41,671 nt of DNA, from positions 186,001 to 227,671 of the forward strand of contig JBEUKZ010000130.1 of the NCBI GenBank assembly GCA_048128005.1, written 5' to 3'. The notes beneath the pieces were generated by a model that was not told the origin of the DNA, made no database searches, and saw nothing but the letters and a program-made list of their open reading frames with translations. Source of the DNA: Veleropilina oligotropha. Its lineage: Eukaryota. Shown in pieces: positions 12,807 to 22,816 of this stretch (position 1 is its first letter; every line of letters begins with the position of its first letter). The position numbers were made by a program, and so were the translations under genes.

Positions 12807-13148
12807 TCAATGTCCCGTTTTAGGCTCATGCTAGGACCTGTCCATGTTATTGAGGGAGGAAATCCTGGTCACCTGTGAAAGCTCACCCTCGCAGCCCAGT
12901 TATGGACAACTGTGTGAAACGGTGGTATGTGCCTTTACACTGGTATTTGTTGAACGCATCCGCTGCCAAGGTACGAAGGCAAGTTTTAAAGGAGCATCTC
13001 GATGTGCAGATTCTTGACGACGACAATCGATCACTACTTTTCCTCTCATTCCACCATTGCCACATGACTTGAAACTATACAAACAATGGGCACATAATTT
13101 TGCACAGGTAACCTGTGGGAGAGATATTAATCTGGAAGATTCATTTAA

Positions 13149-13586
13149 AGAGACGATTGCCCGTAAATGCGCTCTTTCTTTTTTAAAAAGAAAACTAACA
13201 GCATTACACTTTTTGTTTATAACATAAAAAGTTAGGAACTTTCAACACTCAACTTTCGTTAGTAATTTGCTACCGTTTAAATTAATCGTTACTGAATATT
13301 TAAAAATAATAAAACGCTGTCCGCGTTTTATTACCTCGCACCGAGTTCATTTCCAATTGACCTAGTTGGAGCACAGTTGCGCTGGTTTCTGCTCGTCAAG
13401 TAAGATAGCTTTCTACTTGACAATAACATATATTGCCCAGTTACAATAATAATTTCAATAAAAGTCTATCATTTGATCATATATCGATCATATCTTCGCG
13501 AAATTTGTATCAATCTGCGCAAACCGGGCGATAGATGGTTTCAGGACAACTTGTGCGAAAGAGCGCATTTACGGGCAATAGTCTCT
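13149..13586. mobile_element. MITE copy 2 (Kolobok-like, TTAA TSD)
   Basis: ~30-bp TIRs with TTAA on both sides; internal sequence homologous to copy 1. Confidence 0.8.
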
Positions 13587-13855
13587 TTAACATGGGCATC
13601 GATCGCACCATTTCGACACGATCAGAACCTGGTGTCGGTCAATACAGAGATCCATCTAACTGAAAGAAGACATTGGCAACAGTGTTGACCATAACGTCGC
13701 TTATACTTTACGATCCCTACAGGTTCTACGTTACCTTTCAGAACAACAGCCTGATCGTTGGATCATACTATTGGTTCCCGCGATAAATCCTCCCAATATG
13801 ACTTCGCTTGCTGAAAAGGGCATTACCAAAATCCACCACTTACCTTAGTCATATT

Positions 13856-14058
13856 TTTATGCCTCCGGCTCGACTTTAGTCGACCAGGGGGCATTATGCA
13901 TTTGGTGCGTCCGTCCGTAACAGATTGAACTCGCCTATCTTTTTCGATGTTAATCATGAGCAACCTTCTTCAAACTTGGTATGCTATTAGAGTATGAACT
14001 ATCACGAGTTCGAATATTGAATGAAAATATTTATATTTTACCACATTTTTTGACGTTT
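13856..14058 (+). mobile_element. Outer HINE-like element, 5' part (continues at ~32572)
   Basis: 5' palindrome, (GTCC)n, unit GAACTCGCCTATCTTTTT...GTATGAACTATCACGAGTTCGAA that resumes after 32572. Confidence 0.55.
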
Positions 14059-14862
14059 TTATCCCCAGCCTAAAAAAGGCTGGGGTTATTGTCATCGCCA
14101 GAGGCGGGCGGGCGGTTCATGTTGTCCGGCCTGTATCTCGGTTACCAAACATGTTACCTTGATTTCAAATGGTATGCTAACTACCCTTATCATACGCTAG
14201 TGCATGGTGGCGAAATTTCATGTGAATGACCTTTGACTTTGCGGCAATGATCTTTGACCCTTAAATTTTGTCCGGGCCGGTTCTCGGAGACCAAACATGT
14301 TAGCCTTCTAATTTTTAACCCCAGCTTAAAAAAAGCTGGGGTTATTGTCATCGCCCGAAGCGGGCGGGCGGACGGGCGGTTCATTTTGTCCGGCCTATAT
14401 CTCGGCTACCAAACATGTTACCTCGATTTCATATGGTATGCTAACTACCCTTATCATACGCTAGTGCATGGTGGCGAAATTTCATGTGAACGACCTTTGA
14501 CCTTGCGACAATGACCTTTGGCCCTTAAATTTTGTCCGGGCCGTTTCTCGGAGACCAAACATGCTAGCCTTCTAATTTTTTTTAGGTGTGTTCCCTATAA
14601 TACAAACCTGTGCATGGCTGTAAAATTTTGCTCATTTGGCCTTTGACCTCTGCGTAGTGACCTTCACAAATTTTCTGTATTTAGAATTTTTTTTTTGTTC
14701 GTCATTTGTTAATTCTTTGGTGCCAAACTATTTATTTAGGGTTAGTACATCATATAACAAATACGACAAATGGCCTATGGTCAAAGGTCAAGGTCACAGA
14801 GGTCAAAATATACGCACAATTTGCAGACTTTGTGAGACTATAGCCTGCCCATTATTATAGCT
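14059..14862 (+). mobile_element. Inner HINE-like element, 5' part (Polinton insertion target)
   Basis: CCCCAGC..GCTGGGG palindrome twice (14063, 14319), (GGCG)n, TGACCTTTGACC-rich units; continues seamlessly at 30822. Confidence 0.65.
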
Positions 14863-15091
14863 AGCAGCAGGGGGGGTGAGTGTACTTTTTAGAATGGGAA
14901 AATACAGCGCCCAGCACCATTTCAGAACTGATAGGGTTGTACTGGTGGGAACTAGGGGGTATAGACTAGGGGCGGGGCGGCCGCCGTGGAGGCTCCCAGC
15001 ACCCTTTCAGACCCCAGGGTATATCGTGTATTACAAAAAGTCACCGTGTGTACAAACTAGGGTAGCTTAGAATAGTGAGCAGGGGGGGTGA
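14863..15091 (+). repeat. Left terminal inverted repeat (229 bp)
   Basis: Starts AGCAGCAGGGGGGGTGAG; reverse complement of 30594-30821 apart from a 1-bp indel. Confidence 0.96.
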
Positions 15092-15141
15092 TTGGGCTTT
15101 TTAGAATGGCAAAATAGCAGCCCGGCGAAGGCTACAGGACA

Positions 15142-15330
15142 TCACTGAGGGCCCGCCAGCGTTTGATTTCGTGCAACTCCCTTTCTACCGTCTTTGGTCT
15201 TCTTCTTATATATCGCTTGTTCACCATTGTCGAGTACAACGATCAAAACGTTATAGCCCCGGTTTAAGAGGTTTTTAACGCGCCTGAAGCTCCGTTCGCT
15301 GTACAGCGTAGGAATGTCTTCCTGTGGCAT
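15142..15330 (-). CDS. Small hypothetical viral protein (62 aa)
   Basis: ATG-initiated ORF in an otherwise gene-dense element; no recognised motif. Confidence 0.4.
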   Translation of the reverse strand: MPQEDIPTLYSERSFRRVKNLLNRGYNVLIVVLDNGEQAIYKKKTKDGRKGVARNQTLAGPQ

Positions 15331-15458
15331 GTTGCTTTCAAGTATAACTACACAACGTCTAACATGCCGGTTATTTCTCGCCGTGCACCGGGCTCTCTTT
15401 TAGACATACCCATTGTGGGGGATATACCCATTAGGATATACCCGCTGCAAAGGATACA

Positions 15459-15734
15459 ATGAAGGGCACGGACACCTGTCAATGGCTTACCATCAGCTCC
15501 ACGGAGTTATGCGGTAAGCGTTGCCTGAAAGAGTTTTGCAAAGTCCACCTGATTCGGCTCCGGAAGCAAGGCCGGGGAACAAAGCCCTGCATCAAATGCG
15601 GCAAAGGGGTTTTCAACCGGTTTACGTTGTGCCGGGGTTGTGGGTATCGGAATGAGGACGTTAAGGACTGGGGACGAAAGAAAAGGGCCTTCGAGAGAGA
15701 GTTTCTCCGCATGGCTGCAATTTGCCACACGTAA
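15459..15734 (+). CDS. Small Cys/His-rich putative zinc-finger protein (91 aa)
   Basis: C..CGKRC..CKVH and CIKC..CRGC metal-binding-like patterns. Confidence 0.65.
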   Translation: MKGTDTCQWLTISSTELCGKRCLKEFCKVHLIRLRKQGRGTKPCIKCGKGVFNRFTLCRGCGYRNEDVKDWGRKKRAFEREFLRMAAICHT

Positions 15735-15785
15735 ATTTCCTATTAGAGGAATGCTTGGCGTAGTGTATGCCCGTCATATATCAAG

Positions 15786-18700
15786 ATGGAACGCGTCTCC
15801 CTCAGAGAACTACGCAATCTAGCGAAAGATTACGGGATTCCCGCTCGGTCGAAGCTCAAGAAGAACGACCTCATCCGGGCAATCGCCGGGGTCCGTGCTG
15901 CGGAGTTTCGGAAGAGACTTGAGCGGGCGATGAAGACTGGAAGGTTCCCCTCCATCCGTGGTGATGTGGAGAACCCCCACAAAAGAGGCCGACGTGCTCG
16001 CGAGTTGCGGCAGATTAAGGACGAGGTCGACGCCGCCCTGCAGGCTCGTAAATACGAATCCCAGGCTGAGAAAAATCCCGGCATTCGACTGAAGCCACTT
16101 CGCGCCATCACGGATCGAATCGTCAAGCGGTCTCGGAAAGAGACCCTTGCCCATGCTATTGCTCGGAAGGGGCCCGATCTTCTCATCTCCAAAAAGCCCC
16201 GGACAGCCCAGGACTACCAGAAGGATCTTCTAGGGCAATTTACCACACCCGAGGGGCAACGATTCATCGACCTGGATGACCAGGTCCCTCCCGCAGTAAG
16301 GCTCCCAGCAAAAGAGCCATGGGTGGAACTCTTGAGCGACGCCAAAGACGAGTTTGAGGTCGATGGCGCCGCGGCGGCGTTCTCCACATGGAGGATAGAA
16401 GTGGCTGGACGGCTGGCCCTGGATGCCCGTATGACAGATGCAAGGGCGGCACAGCTCCTCACAGCCCTTCCAAAGGGCGAGTATGTCCTTAGAATAAAGT
16501 TCTTGCGTGAATGGGGTGAAGGTGACTGGGTGGTCGAAGACAAGTTTGACCCGGTGAAGGCTGCGAGAAAGAAGGGCCGGGGTGTCTTTGAGATCTCTCA
16601 GGATACTAGGCCGGGTGCTATCACTGGGGTCGACAAGGTCTACTACGAGAATGCCTACCCAGTCACTGCAGTCGTCTACGGCGTCTATCCACTCAGAGAA
16701 CCAAACCCCGCCAATCTGGTTCCGATGAAGAACGGCGACCTCAACTGCGTTGCCCAAAGAGTGGTTGAGCACTTCGAAGGCGCCCTGAGAGGACACGGAC
16801 TAACTCCAATCAGGCGGCAGAAAATAATGGAGTGGGAGGCGCGAGTTCATGTAACAGGAGCTTCCGTCGACGATGTGGCCCGACTGGAGAGGATCCTCAA
16901 GCGGGCGATTATCTTGAGGGACATTGCTGGTGAGGACATCTACAACAGTGGGAAGTACCAGTTTGGTGGGTCCACAGGCGGGGTGAGAGGTAAAGTAGAA
17001 CTCATCTGTCACAACGGCCACGCCTGGTCGAAGGACCTACACTTTCCGCAGTCTCGCGAGGTCCACCTGTATGAGGGCGATGTCTGGGAAGCTATTCGAC
17101 AAGCCACACAGAACGAGCCATTGGCTGTCTGGCTCCTAGGCGGTACAGACCGACAGCTCAACGTGAACCAGTTCGTGCTTCAGGACGGCCGCACGTACAG
17201 GACAAAAGATGATCACGAGAGACTCCAAGAAGCCTGTACAGCGCTGGGGAATGAGTCCCTAGCCGATCGAGCCTTTGGCGTGAACCATGCAGCTAGCATT
17301 ATGGCCAAAGAGACCAACGGCTGGAAACCGACCCCAGCGGGCCTGCTCGATGACATCCAGAAGGCCTGTGTAGAGCATGGCCACGGCGGCCTGTGGAATT
17401 CCATGAATTACGACACGGGCGATGTCTGCTGCATCGATATGAAATCCTGCTACCCTGCAAGCTTTCTGGGGAAGGGCGAGGCTAAGCCCTATTTCGAAAG
17501 ATTCGGACACCCACTCCACAGCATGACCCGGGTCGCAATTAACGGTCCTCTACCCCAAGATATCGGGACCGGGTTTGCTGAGGTCGTGGAATGGGAGTTC
17601 GCACAAGACATCCACCCCGTCATTGTAGCATGGTTCGGAAAGCACTTTGCAGAGAATGGATGGGCACCAACCCCGCTGCTCGCATTCCTCGTAGAATCTG
17701 GACTCCTAAAAAGCCTCAAGATCCGAGAATCCATTATCGCGTTCAAAAACCAGACCGATGTCTGGCTTCCGGAGAATCGTGACCAGGGCTGCAGCATTAT
17801 CGGCAAATTCACCCAAGGCGCCAAAGCCGATGGCAAAAGATTGACTCGTAGACTGGTGACCGACCAGGGTGAGCTCGACTTCCTCGTAAGAGACACCCGC
17901 CAAAGCGGCACCCTGGTTGGCGCTCCTCAGAGATGCCCCCTCGGTCACATCCTCACGTACTATGATGGCTCCCAGCCTCAGTACGCCCACCTGAGGGCAT
18001 CCATGTTGGCCTATGCACACATAAACCTCTTGAGCATGCTGAAGCGTTTCAGTGCAGCAGAAGCCGTCCGGGTAGCCACGGACAGCATCTACCTCAAGAA
18101 GGCCTCGTTGGAGAAGCTCGACGATGTCACGGTGTACGTTGCCCCCAGACTCTGCGGCTGTGGCGAGAAATCGTGCATCTCATGTCTGATCGCGGAGCCG
18201 TACCTTCCGCCAGTAGCACCAGCCCAGTGGCGTGACAAGGGCGAACAGCTGTATATGCCACAGGAACATGCCGCATACCTACCCAAGCCAGAGTATTGTT
18301 GTGCCGCCAATTCCAGCCAGCCGAGCACCGCGCCATGCTACAATGACACACTGACCCACCATCGCCTGAGTTACCTCAACGGTGGAGGGGGCTGTGGCAA
18401 GACTACGAGAGCGATCGAGCTCTTTCGGGCAAGGAATCCCGTCGTGTTCACACCAACCCACCGCCTCGCTAAAGAGATGCGGACCAGAGGCGTCAAAGCC
18501 CAGACCTACCACAGCTTCTTCCGATGGAGCGGCCAGAACGACTGGACGCCTGATCGCATGGGTCAGAAGTTCATCCCGCGCGTCATTATCTGGGACGAGG
18601 TCTGTACTGTTCCCCGGCACATCCTAGAGATGTTCTTGGACTGGCTGGGCCGCCACGAAGTGCAGGTTATCTGCTGTGGTGATCAAGGCCAGCCACCACC

Positions 18701-19658
18701 GATTACGGGCGAGATGCCGCACGATTGGCTGCGAAAGACCGCGGACTACTATGAAGAGATCGAAGTAGACTACAGGGCGAAAGACGACCCTGCCCTCCAA
18801 GCCCTGAAAAGACGTATCCGTCTCCAGCCCGACAAAGTCCAGTGCGACGAGATGCGACGGACCCTCCCCAGCTGCCTCGGATGGGACCGGTTCGTCAACA
18901 CCTGGAAGCCAGGCGACCTAATCCTCACAAGCCGTCAGAAGGTCCGCGAACGGGCTCAAGAGCTGTTGCTCCAGAGGCACAAGGAGCACTTCCCAGACTC
19001 CATGGTGCCTATCCTGTACCACCCCAGGGACAGCAGAAAACAGAACATCATGGTAACCATTCCGGGCACCAGCGACAGAGAGGAGCTAGTTCTGAACGAC
19101 GTCGTCGAGGTCACCATTGAGGCCGCTGAGCGGGCTATCCTGACCCCGGATTGGCGCCTGGGCTATGCTCTCACCATCCATTCGAGCCAGGGTCTTACGA
19201 TTCACGACCCACAGAAAGTCTGGATCATCGACGACTACCTTCAGTGGAGTAATCTCGCCTACCTAGCCGTGTCCCGGGTGGAGCTGCTGCGTCAGCTCGA
19301 ACGGGTAACCTGTCCACCGGATGAGGGTTCTGAGGACAGGCCCCCCCAAGCGCCCCAAACCGAGCAACAGCTCCGAAAGACCATCCAGAAAAAGCTTGTG
19401 GCGTACAAACGCCAGGACCAGGCAACGGGACTCCCGGGGTTTAACCTCAAGGTCGACGACATCCTGCGGCTCAGAGAGTCCCAAAACAACCGCTGCGCAG
19501 CATGCAACATAGAGCTGCTCTGGGCATATTCCCCGAAGGACACACAGCAGTTCAGTGTCGACCGTGTGGACAACAGCAGGGGCCACACCCGCGACAACGT
19601 GCGCTTAACGTGTCTGGAATGTAACCGGAAACGAGGATTTGCGGTTGTTAACGCCTGA
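15786..19658 (+). CDS. Multidomain replication protein: Rho-N/HeH, OTU-like protease, derived family-B DNA polymerase, SF1 helicase, HNH nuclease (1290 aa)
   Basis: LRELRNLAKDYGI..SKLKKNDLI; GDLNC..HNGH; IDMKSCYP, IIGKF, VATDSIY; GGGGCGKTT, IIWDEV, GDQGQPPP, TIHSSQGLT, YLAVSR; CAAC..SVDRVDNSRGH..NVRLTCLECN. Confidence 0.88.
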   Translation: MERVSLRELRNLAKDYGIPARSKLKKNDLIRAIAGVRAAEFRKRLERAMKTGRFPSIRGDVENPHKRGRRARELRQIKDEVDAALQARKYESQAEKNPGIRLKPLRAITDRIVKRSRKETLAHAIARKGPDLLISKKPRTAQDYQKDLLGQFTTPEGQRFIDLDDQVPPAVRLPAKEPWVELLSDAKDEFEVDGAAAAFSTWRIEVAGRLALDARMTDARAAQLLTALPKGEYVLRIKFLREWGEGDWVVEDKFDPVKAARKKGRGVFEISQDTRPGAITGVDKVYYENAYPVTAVVYGVYPLREPNPANLVPMKNGDLNCVAQRVVEHFEGALRGHGLTPIRRQKIMEWEARVHVTGASVDDVARLERILKRAIILRDIAGEDIYNSGKYQFGGSTGGVRGKVELICHNGHAWSKDLHFPQSREVHLYEGDVWEAIRQATQNEPLAVWLLGGTDRQLNVNQFVLQDGRTYRTKDDHERLQEACTALGNESLADRAFGVNHAASIMAKETNGWKPTPAGLLDDIQKACVEHGHGGLWNSMNYDTGDVCCIDMKSCYPASFLGKGEAKPYFERFGHPLHSMTRVAINGPLPQDIGTGFAEVVEWEFAQDIHPVIVAWFGKHFAENGWAPTPLLAFLVESGLLKSLKIRESIIAFKNQTDVWLPENRDQGCSIIGKFTQGAKADGKRLTRRLVTDQGELDFLVRDTRQSGTLVGAPQRCPLGHILTYYDGSQPQYAHLRASMLAYAHINLLSMLKRFSAAEAVRVATDSIYLKKASLEKLDDVTVYVAPRLCGCGEKSCISCLIAEPYLPPVAPAQWRDKGEQLYMPQEHAAYLPKPEYCCAANSSQPSTAPCYNDTLTHHRLSYLNGGGGCGKTTRAIELFRARNPVVFTPTHRLAKEMRTRGVKAQTYHSFFRWSGQNDWTPDRMGQKFIPRVIIWDEVCTVPRHILEMFLDWLGRHEVQVICCGDQGQPPPITGEMPHDWLRKTADYYEEIEVDYRAKDDPALQALKRRIRLQPDKVQCDEMRRTLPSCLGWDRFVNTWKPGDLILTSRQKVRERAQELLLQRHKEHFPDSMVPILYHPRDSRKQNIMVTIPGTSDREELVLNDVVEVTIEAAERAILTPDWRLGYALTIHSSQGLTIHDPQKVWIIDDYLQWSNLAYLAVSRVELLRQLERVTCPPDEGSEDRPPQAPQTEQQLRKTIQKKLVAYKRQDQATGLPGFNLKVDDILRLRESQNNRCAACNIELLWAYSPKDTQQFSVDRVDNSRGHTRDNVRLTCLECNRKRGFAVVNA

Positions 19659-20646
19659 GAACCGGCGGCAGCTGGGTATCACGAGGCACCACGAGAAGTT
19701 CCTCATGAACGAAGCCACGCGGTGGTCCATCCAGCAAGTAGTAGAGCACAGGCTCGTCAGGCTTAGTGACGGAGCGTCCAAGCCTGTAAACTTTTAGAGA
19801 CCACACCGGGTCAGTAGCACGGCGATGACCCCCCTCCAGCTCACCATCGTAGTAAAGGTAGCGAACATCTACGTCAGAGGGGAGTTTCTGTTCCTTCCCC
19901 TGTCGGCCTGGAACAGTGGCGCCTGGCTTTTGGGCAACGCGAGGTGCCTTGATGGCGTCCTTGGGCTTTTTACCGGTCAGCCTGGTCACTTCCCCATTCA
20001 AGGCCGCAACTACAGCTGCTAACCGGGCGACCCACTCAGTTGACCTTTGACCCTCTTTCGCAGACTCTGCAAACCGCATCTCTGTTGCATACTGGTGCCC
20101 GAAGAGCCGCTCAGCGAGCGTCCGGTTGAAGCGCTCCACAATGCCCTGATCGCGATGGATATCCACACGGCCACGCCTAACCTCGACGTTATTCTTTGCC
20201 AGCAGCTGGGAAACCGCGCCCATAAACTCTCGCCCTGGATCGACTTGAAGCAGTTTCGGCCAGCCAAGAGGACTCCGCCTGTAGATTCGGGCTAGTGCTT
20301 CAGCAACCCCTTTGGCCTCTTTTGTGACCAGAGGCTCAGCCTCTTTAAAGCGACTGGCCACATCAACCACAGTCAAAGCGTACTTATAGGTCTTGTGTCT
20401 GACCTTGTCATGGGGGAGAAACAGGAGGTCGGCTTGGTGAACCTCGTTTGGCGTTACGACGTCGAATTTTGGTCTTGGAATCCGCCGTGGCGCAGGTAAA
20501 TAGATCTGCCATATAGCCTGCCTCTTAAGCCATGTCCGGGCCTCCACTTCAGACGCCTTGGCAGCGTCAGCTAGTTTCTTTATCGCGGCAATGCCTTTCC
20601 AGTAGCCCTTAGGGCTGTAGTACATCCTCGCAAGCTTACTATCCAT
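19648..20646 (-). CDS. Retroviral-like (rve/DDE) integrase
   Basis: HQADLLFL (D), LQVDPGREF (D), QGIVERFNRTL (E); Polinton-type N-terminus MYYSPKGY; ATG at 20646. Confidence 0.95.
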   Translation of the reverse strand: MDSKLARMYYSPKGYWKGIAAIKKLADAAKASEVEARTWLKRQAIWQIYLPAPRRIPRPKFDVVTPNEVHQADLLFLPHDKVRHKTYKYALTVVDVASRFKEAEPLVTKEAKGVAEALARIYRRSPLGWPKLLQVDPGREFMGAVSQLLAKNNVEVRRGRVDIHRDQGIVERFNRTLAERLFGHQYATEMRFAESAKEGQRSTEWVARLAAVVAALNGEVTRLTGKKPKDAIKAPRVAQKPGATVPGRQGKEQKLPSDVDVRYLYYDGELEGGHRRATDPVWSLKVYRLGRSVTKPDEPVLYYLLDGPPRGFVHEELLVVPRDTQLPPVLRR

Positions 20647-20860
20647 CAGCAATGTATTCCAGTAAACTGATCAGTCTCCAACAGGCTTCAGCTTCCGGAG
20701 CCGGTCGCTGCGCAGTCGTCGCCCGTAGGTTGGTCGGGCCCGAGAGCACCAGGACCGCGAACCGCACCATAGTCTTTTCGTCGCGGCGCCAGCAGTCGAG
20801 TAACGTAGTACTATAGCCGACCGCAAGCATAGCGCAGTACAGCTCTTCTGGGAGCCCCAT
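20639..20860 (-). CDS. Small hypothetical protein (73 aa from the ATG at 20860)
   Basis: Fills the gap between co-oriented genes; its stop overlaps the integrase start. Confidence 0.35.
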   Translation of the reverse strand: MGLPEELYCAMLAVGYSTTLLDCWRRDEKTMVRFAVLVLSGPTNLRATTAQRPAPEAEACWRLISLLEYIADG

Positions 20861-20900
20861 TACTATACATGCCAACGAAAAAAATGTCCACTGGAAATAA

Positions 20901-21329
20901 TTAGGCGAGCTTGTAGGCGACCAACCCGGTCGCAGCCATCCCCAGGATGATGAAGGTGATCTCACGTCCCTTCTGGCCATCGCTCGGTGTGTAGTAGTCA
21001 GACAGGGCGGGCTCAGGGCCACCCCCCAGGCCGGGGTCAAGGTTCTTGCCGGTGATCAATGCATACTCACGGATCGCGGCGTCAACATCCCGGAATGTGC
21101 CAACGGCATGACCCTGGCGGCGAAGTTCAACGTTCAGCCAGTCGAGACGCTCTGCCCTCTGTTGTGACCATTTAGTCTGAGCAGCGTTGAGCTGTTCTAC
21201 AGCAATGTCGTGGCGTTTACGCTCCGCATCGACACCGGAGCTGCGTAGCTTCGAGAAGAGGAAGTTGGAGCCGCTGAAGGCGAGGGCGTTGACGAGAGCG
21301 CCCCCAACCAGCATCGCAATGGAAGCCAT
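20901..21329 (-). CDS. Hypothetical membrane/coiled-coil viral protein (142 aa)
   Basis: Hydrophobic N-terminus MASIAMLVGGALVNALAF, central helical region, C-terminal TM segment. Confidence 0.75.
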   Translation of the reverse strand: MASIAMLVGGALVNALAFSGSNFLFSKLRSSGVDAERKRHDIAVEQLNAAQTKWSQQRAERLDWLNVELRRQGHAVGTFRDVDAAIREYALITGKNLDPGLGGGPEPALSDYYTPSDGQKGREITFIILGMAATGLVAYKLA

Positions 21330-21360
21330 TGAAATGCTGCGATTATCTAGCAAGGTCCCA

Positions 21361-21600
21361 CTACTTCAATATATCGGCCGGAATGATGCCTTGCTTGATC
21401 AGCATGTCTTTCGTCGCCATGGCGAGCGCTACGTCGAGGACGACCATCCCGACATCGTAGCCCGTGAAGTCCAGTTTGGGGCTCGCTCCCTTGAATACCA
21501 TCTTTGTCAGGCGTGCGTAGCCTATGGCGAGGCCTGACACTATAGCGGCGTGGTATACAGCGTTGCCGAGCATCTTTCCATCAGTGATTGGGGTAGTCAT
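21361..21600 (-). CDS. Small hydrophobic viral protein (79 aa)
   Basis: ATG ORF in the co-oriented gene block; two amphipathic/hydrophobic helices. Confidence 0.7.
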   Translation of the reverse strand: MTTPITDGKMLGNAVYHAAIVSGLAIGYARLTKMVFKGASPKLDFTGYDVGMVVLDVALAMATKDMLIKQGIIPADILK

Positions 21601-21625
21601 AACTGTTGATTAGTACCGTTTGCGA

Positions 21626-22117
21626 CTATTGCATATGAAAAGGGTTCTGCTTCTTCAATTCGATAGTGGGGGCGGCCCGAGAGCACCGAGCGTCCGCGTC
21701 TGGTGGCTGTTGATGTGGTGTGGATGGACCAGGGTTGCTGCGTTCTGAGGACGTCTTCCAGACAACAAATACCAACGCAACCGTACCGGCAGCGACGGCT
21801 ACCTGGGTCCAATTAAATAGGTCCGATTTCCGTGTATCTGGCGCACGCGGTCTTTCTGCGGCTGGAACCGCCTCCCCGGGCTGTTCTGATGGAACGACAA
21901 CACTTGTTGGGGCACTCAGGTCTTCTTTCATTTTTCGAACCGCGGCCAGTAGCTTCTCCTGCTTGGCTTTTCGAGCAGCAGCGCCGGCCCTCCCTGCAGC
22001 CACTTTTTTCGGGTCCTTTTTACTCACTGATGAGTCCGTCGAAGAAGTCACCCTCTCTATCGGCTGGCTCTCGATCGGCTGTCTCTCGATCACTTGGTCC
22101 ACTTCCGGCGTTGTCAT
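21626..22117 (-). CDS. Basic low-complexity protein with one TM helix (163 aa)
   Basis: KKDPKKVAAGRAGAAARKAK basic motif; TM VAVAAGTVALVFVVW. Confidence 0.7.
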   Translation of the reverse strand: MTTPEVDQVIERQPIESQPIERVTSSTDSSVSKKDPKKVAAGRAGAAARKAKQEKLLAAVRKMKEDLSAPTSVVVPSEQPGEAVPAAERPRAPDTRKSDLFNWTQVAVAAGTVALVFVVWKTSSERSNPGPSTPHQQPPDADARCSRAAPTIELKKQNPFHMQ

Positions 22118-22805
22118 CTTGATCTGGTATCTTAGGCGGGCAAACATGTCCAAATTGGCAGTGCTTAGCCGTGGTCAATGCTGCGGTCAGCGGTGCGAGG
22201 TACATGCCATATTTATAATACAGCTCACAGCTTGCAGTGGTCAGGGCATGTGAGATGAACGGGTCGGCCTCCAGGTCGGCGATCAGTCGTAGCTGGTTTG
22301 CTGGTGGAATGGGCAGGAACATCCCAGCTGCCCCCGCGTAGAGATGAATAGCTGAAGTCCCCAGAGTCTTCGTCACATCGGCACCGAGTTTCGCTTCATA
22401 CCTCGCGTGGTGCTTTTCGACCTCGTCGTCAGTCATGTCGTCTATCCGGTCCACTGTGAGGTTACGCCCCATGTATCGGTGGGCCTGTCCTCCAACGGCT
22501 AAGGCTGCAAGCCTCTCACGCTTTGCCGCGCAAACGGAACTTGCGACTCCACTGTTACTGACAGGTTCCTTGCCATCGGGAGTCAAGCGACAGCTGTTGA
22601 TGGTCGTTTCTTGTTCGTCATCCATGAGTTGATCGATGAGGCTGTCCATCCTGAAGCGTTTCCAGCATCGCCTCACCGGTCTAATATAACTGTAAATCCA
22701 ATACCACAATGTAGCGAGTAGGAGCAAGATCAGGCTCTGGCTGAAAGCAAAAGCTAGATATACAGCGTCCGACATGCGAGAGCTTGCTGGGCAGCTACTT
22801 AGCAT
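22020..22805 (-). CDS. Hypothetical viral protein with possible N-terminal TM (start uncertain: 22805, 22775 or 22649)
   Basis: Long ORF directly downstream of the ATPase; its 3' tail overlaps the next gene. Confidence 0.7.
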   Translation of the reverse strand: MLSSCPASSRMSDAVYLAFAFSQSLILLLLATLWYWIYSYIRPVRRCWKRFRMDSLIDQLMDDEQETTINSCRLTPDGKEPVSNSGVASSVCAAKRERLAALAVGGQAHRYMGRNLTVDRIDDMTDDEVEKHHARYEAKLGADVTKTLGTSAIHLYAGAAGMFLPIPPANQLRLIADLEADPFISHALTTASCELYYKYGMYLAPLTAALTTAKHCQFGHVCPPKIPDQDDNAGSGPSDRETADREPADREGDFFDGLISE

Positions 22806-22816
22806 CTGCTGGGTAG

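Noticed and set aside
12880..13850. Possible minus-strand exons (acceptor-like sites near 13112 and 13812, donor near 13735) of a convergent host gene
   Set aside because: Splice signals look plausible but no recognisable protein and no consistent gene model; needs RNA-seq
14876..15070. ORFs within the TIRs (also 30620-30808)
   Set aside because: GTG-started, differ by a frameshifting indel between the two TIRs, no coding signal
15819..19597. Many minus-strand and alternate-frame ORFs over the 1290-aa gene and other viral genes
   Set aside because: Shadow ORFs expected in GC-rich coding DNA; no motifs
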